Positions 61,872 to 64,000 of a stretch of 64,000 bases of DNA are shown one piece after another. Source of the stretch: an uncultured delta proteobacterium (GTDB lineage: Bacteria; Desulfobacterota; Desulfuromonadia; Desulfuromonadales; BM103). The stretch covers positions 160,001 through 224,000 of the forward strand of contig CAVQRZ010000001.1 in assembly GCA_963715335.1 (NCBI GenBank), given 5' to 3'. A program made the position numbers and the translations under genes. Each line of letters opens with the position of its first letter. The stretch's first letter is position 1. The notes beneath the pieces were generated by a model. It ran no database searches and was not told the DNA's origin. It saw only the letters and a list, made by a program, of their open reading frames with translations.

Positions 61872-64000
61872 TCTCGCCACTCCTCGACCGGATCGAGAAT
61901 TTCATCTTCGGCACACGCCCACTGATCATCGGCGTCTTCGTTGCGATTACCGTAATCATGGGCTACGGCCTGACCAGACTGCATGTCGACGCGGGCTTTT
62001 CCAAGCACCTGCCGCTGCAGCACGAATACATGCAGACCTTCATGGAGTATCGCAGCGAGTTCGGCGGGGCCAACCGCGTCCTGGTCGCCCTGCGGGCCCG
62101 TGACGGCGACATGTTCACACCGGAATTTTTCAACGCATTGCGCCAGGCGACCGACGAAGTCTTTTTCATCGACGGCGTCGACCGCAGCCGAGTCAGTTCG
62201 CTCTTTACCCCGAACGTGCGATTCACCGAGGTCGTCGAAGACGGTATCGCCGGCGGCAACGTGGTTCCGGCGGACTTCCAGCCAACCACGGAAGGGCTTG
62301 AACAGGTCCGCAAGAATATCCTCAAGTCCGGGATCGTTGGCCGCCTGGTCGCCAATGACTTTTCTGCAGCGATCATCAGCGCCCAACTGATTGAAACGGA
62401 CCCGCAAACCGGCAAGAGGATAGATTTCATCGAAGTCGGTCATCAGCTCGAGGCGCTGCGTGACAAGTTTGAAAATGACCTCATTGAGGTCAACATCATC
62501 GGCTATGCCAAGGTGATCTCCGATATTGCCGATGGTGCAAAGCGGGTGATCCTCTTCTTCGTCGGCGCCTTCTTCATCAGCGGCGGTCTGGTTTACAGCT
62601 TCACGCGCTCACACCGGGTTACGGCCATGGCCATAGTCTGTTCACTGATTGCCGTGATCTGGCAACTCGGTCTGCTCTCCCTGCTCGGCTTCGGTATCGA
62701 CCCGATGGGGATTCTGGTGCCGTTTCTGATCTTTGCCATAGCGATCAGTCACGGTGTACAGATGGTCACGGCCAACCGGGCTGCCATTTTCGAGGGCGAG
62801 GATGGTCTCACCGCCGCACGCAAAAGCTTCCGCAGGCTTCTCCTGCCCGGTGGCGTCGCCCTGATCTCCGACACGATCGGCTTTATCACCATCATGCTGA
62901 TCGATATCGAGGTTATCCAGCAAATGGCGATCACCGCCAGCCTCGGTGTGGCGACCATCATTTTCACCAATCTCATCCTTTTGCCCATCCTGCTCTCCTA
63001 TATCGGTTTCCCGGCCGACTACCGGCAACGCCTGCACGACAGGATTGAGCGCATGGACCGGTTCTGGATGCGGGTTGCACTGATTGCCAAACCATGGCCG
63101 GCGGCTGCCCTTATCGTTGTCGCGGTGATACTGCTGGTTTTCGGTGCCAAACGCGGCAGCGAAATCGAGATCGGCGATTTGCATCAGGGGGTTCCCGAAC
63201 TGCGCCCGTCTTCGCGTTACAACCAGGACAGCAAGGCGATCACCGAGCACTTCTCGATCGGCGTCGACGTCCTGAACGTGATCGTCGAAACCGTTCCGAA
63301 CGGCTGTATCGAATACGCCGTGATGGAAAACATCGACCGGTTCGCCTGGCAATTGACGAATACCGCAGGGGTCCAGTCGGTAATCGCCCTGCCCGAGATT
63401 GCCAAGGTGATCAATTCCGGCTGGAGCGAGGGCGCGCTCAAGTGGCGGGTCCTGCCCCGCAACCGGCAGGTTCTGGTTGAAGCGGTCCAATATGTACCGA
63501 CCAGCAGCGGCCTGCTCAATGCCGACTGCTCAACGATGCCGGTCATGATCTTCACCCGGGACCACAAAGCCGAAACCATTGCCCACGTGGTGGATACGAT
63601 CAAGGCCTACCAGAAGGAGAACGGCACGGACCAGATCAGGTTCCGCCTGGCAACCGGCAACATCGGCGTCATGGCCGCAACCAATGAAGAAGTCTCTTCG
63701 GCGCAGTTCCCGATTCTGATTTATGTCTTCGCCGCGATTATTATCCTCTGCCTGCTGACCTTCCGCTCAGTCAGGGCCACCCTGGCCATCACCCTGCCTC
63801 TCGGGCTGGTTTCTCTGCTGGCCTACGCCCTGATGACCCAGCTGGAGATAGGGCTCAAGGTGTCCACCTTGCCGGTGGTGGCGCTGGGGGTCGGGATCGG
63901 TGTCGATTACGGAATCTATATTTACAGTCGCTTCCAGTCGCACCTTGATGAGGGGATGACCATCTACCAGGCCTACCATGAAACACTCAAGGTCACCGGC
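61868..64000 (+). CDS. MMPL/RND-family transporter, 3'-truncated by the window (absent from the ORF track)
   Basis: ATG 61868 overlaps the YCF48 stop (ATGA). The frame reads 'MISPLLDRIENFIFGTRPLIIGVF...DAGFSKHLPLQHEYM...FGGANRV...LVPFLIFAIAISHGVQM...LGVGIGVDYGIYIY'. Confidence 0.9.
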   Translation, partial: MISPLLDRIENFIFGTRPLIIGVFVAITVIMGYGLTRLHVDAGFSKHLPLQHEYMQTFMEYRSEFGGANRVLVALRARDGDMFTPEFFNALRQATDEVFFIDGVDRSRVSSLFTPNVRFTEVVEDGIAGGNVVPADFQPTTEGLEQVRKNILKSGIVGRLVANDFSAAIISAQLIETDPQTGKRIDFIEVGHQLEALRDKFENDLIEVNIIGYAKVISDIADGAKRVILFFVGAFFISGGLVYSFTRSHRVTAMAIVCSLIAVIWQLGLLSLLGFGIDPMGILVPFLIFAIAISHGVQMVTANRAAIFEGEDGLTAARKSFRRLLLPGGVALISDTIGFITIMLIDIEVIQQMAITASLGVATIIFTNLILLPILLSYIGFPADYRQRLHDRIERMDRFWMRVALIAKPWPAAALIVVAVILLVFGAKRGSEIEIGDLHQGVPELRPSSRYNQDSKAITEHFSIGVDVLNVIVETVPNGCIEYAVMENIDRFAWQLTNTAGVQSVIALPEIAKVINSGWSEGALKWRVLPRNRQVLVEAVQYVPTSSGLLNADCSTMPVMIFTRDHKAETIAHVVDTIKAYQKENGTDQIRFRLATGNIGVMAATNEEVSSAQFPILIYVFAAIIILCLLTFRSVRATLAITLPLGLVSLLAYALMTQLEIGLKVSTLPVVALGVGIGVDYGIYIYSRFQSHLDEGMTIYQAYHETLKVTG

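Overview
The window looks like chromosome from an anaerobic, GC-rich Desulfuromonadales-like deltaproteobacterium. This is inferred from the order tRNA-Ser–ffs–dnaX–ybaB–recR–PFOR–mglB–mglA and from the protein families. 1–9.7 kb is core genome and includes an E. coli-type -1 frameshift cassette in dnaX and a structured repeat linked to tRNA-Ser. tRNA-Asn (9642–9717) is followed by a ~2 kb islet bounded by a 41-bp copy of its 3' end, then an accessory mosaic of antiporters, a class II amidotransferase, an RND pump and three gene remnants. 21.9–28.3 kb is the most interesting part: a same-strand oxidative-stress block of ovoA, a translationally coupled EgtE-like PLP lyase, a PerR-like regulator and katG, with Fur/Per-type boxes. 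Further on are a cold-shock gene, a TPR-fused alarmone synthetase with SprT, a NikR-boxed nik(MN)QO-type transporter, sucCD behind a sigma54-type promoter, a gene-free nested-palindrome element, miaA, pcnB, MoxR–DUF58–transglutaminase, a P-type ATPase, folK and transaldolase. The window ends in a DUF1302–DUF1329–YCF48–MMPL operon that runs off the edge. The RND permease, DUF1302 and probably YCF48 carry single-base frameshifts that may be sequencing errors. I saw no CRISPR array, rRNA, integrase or transposase. All family calls come from reading motifs, not database searches.
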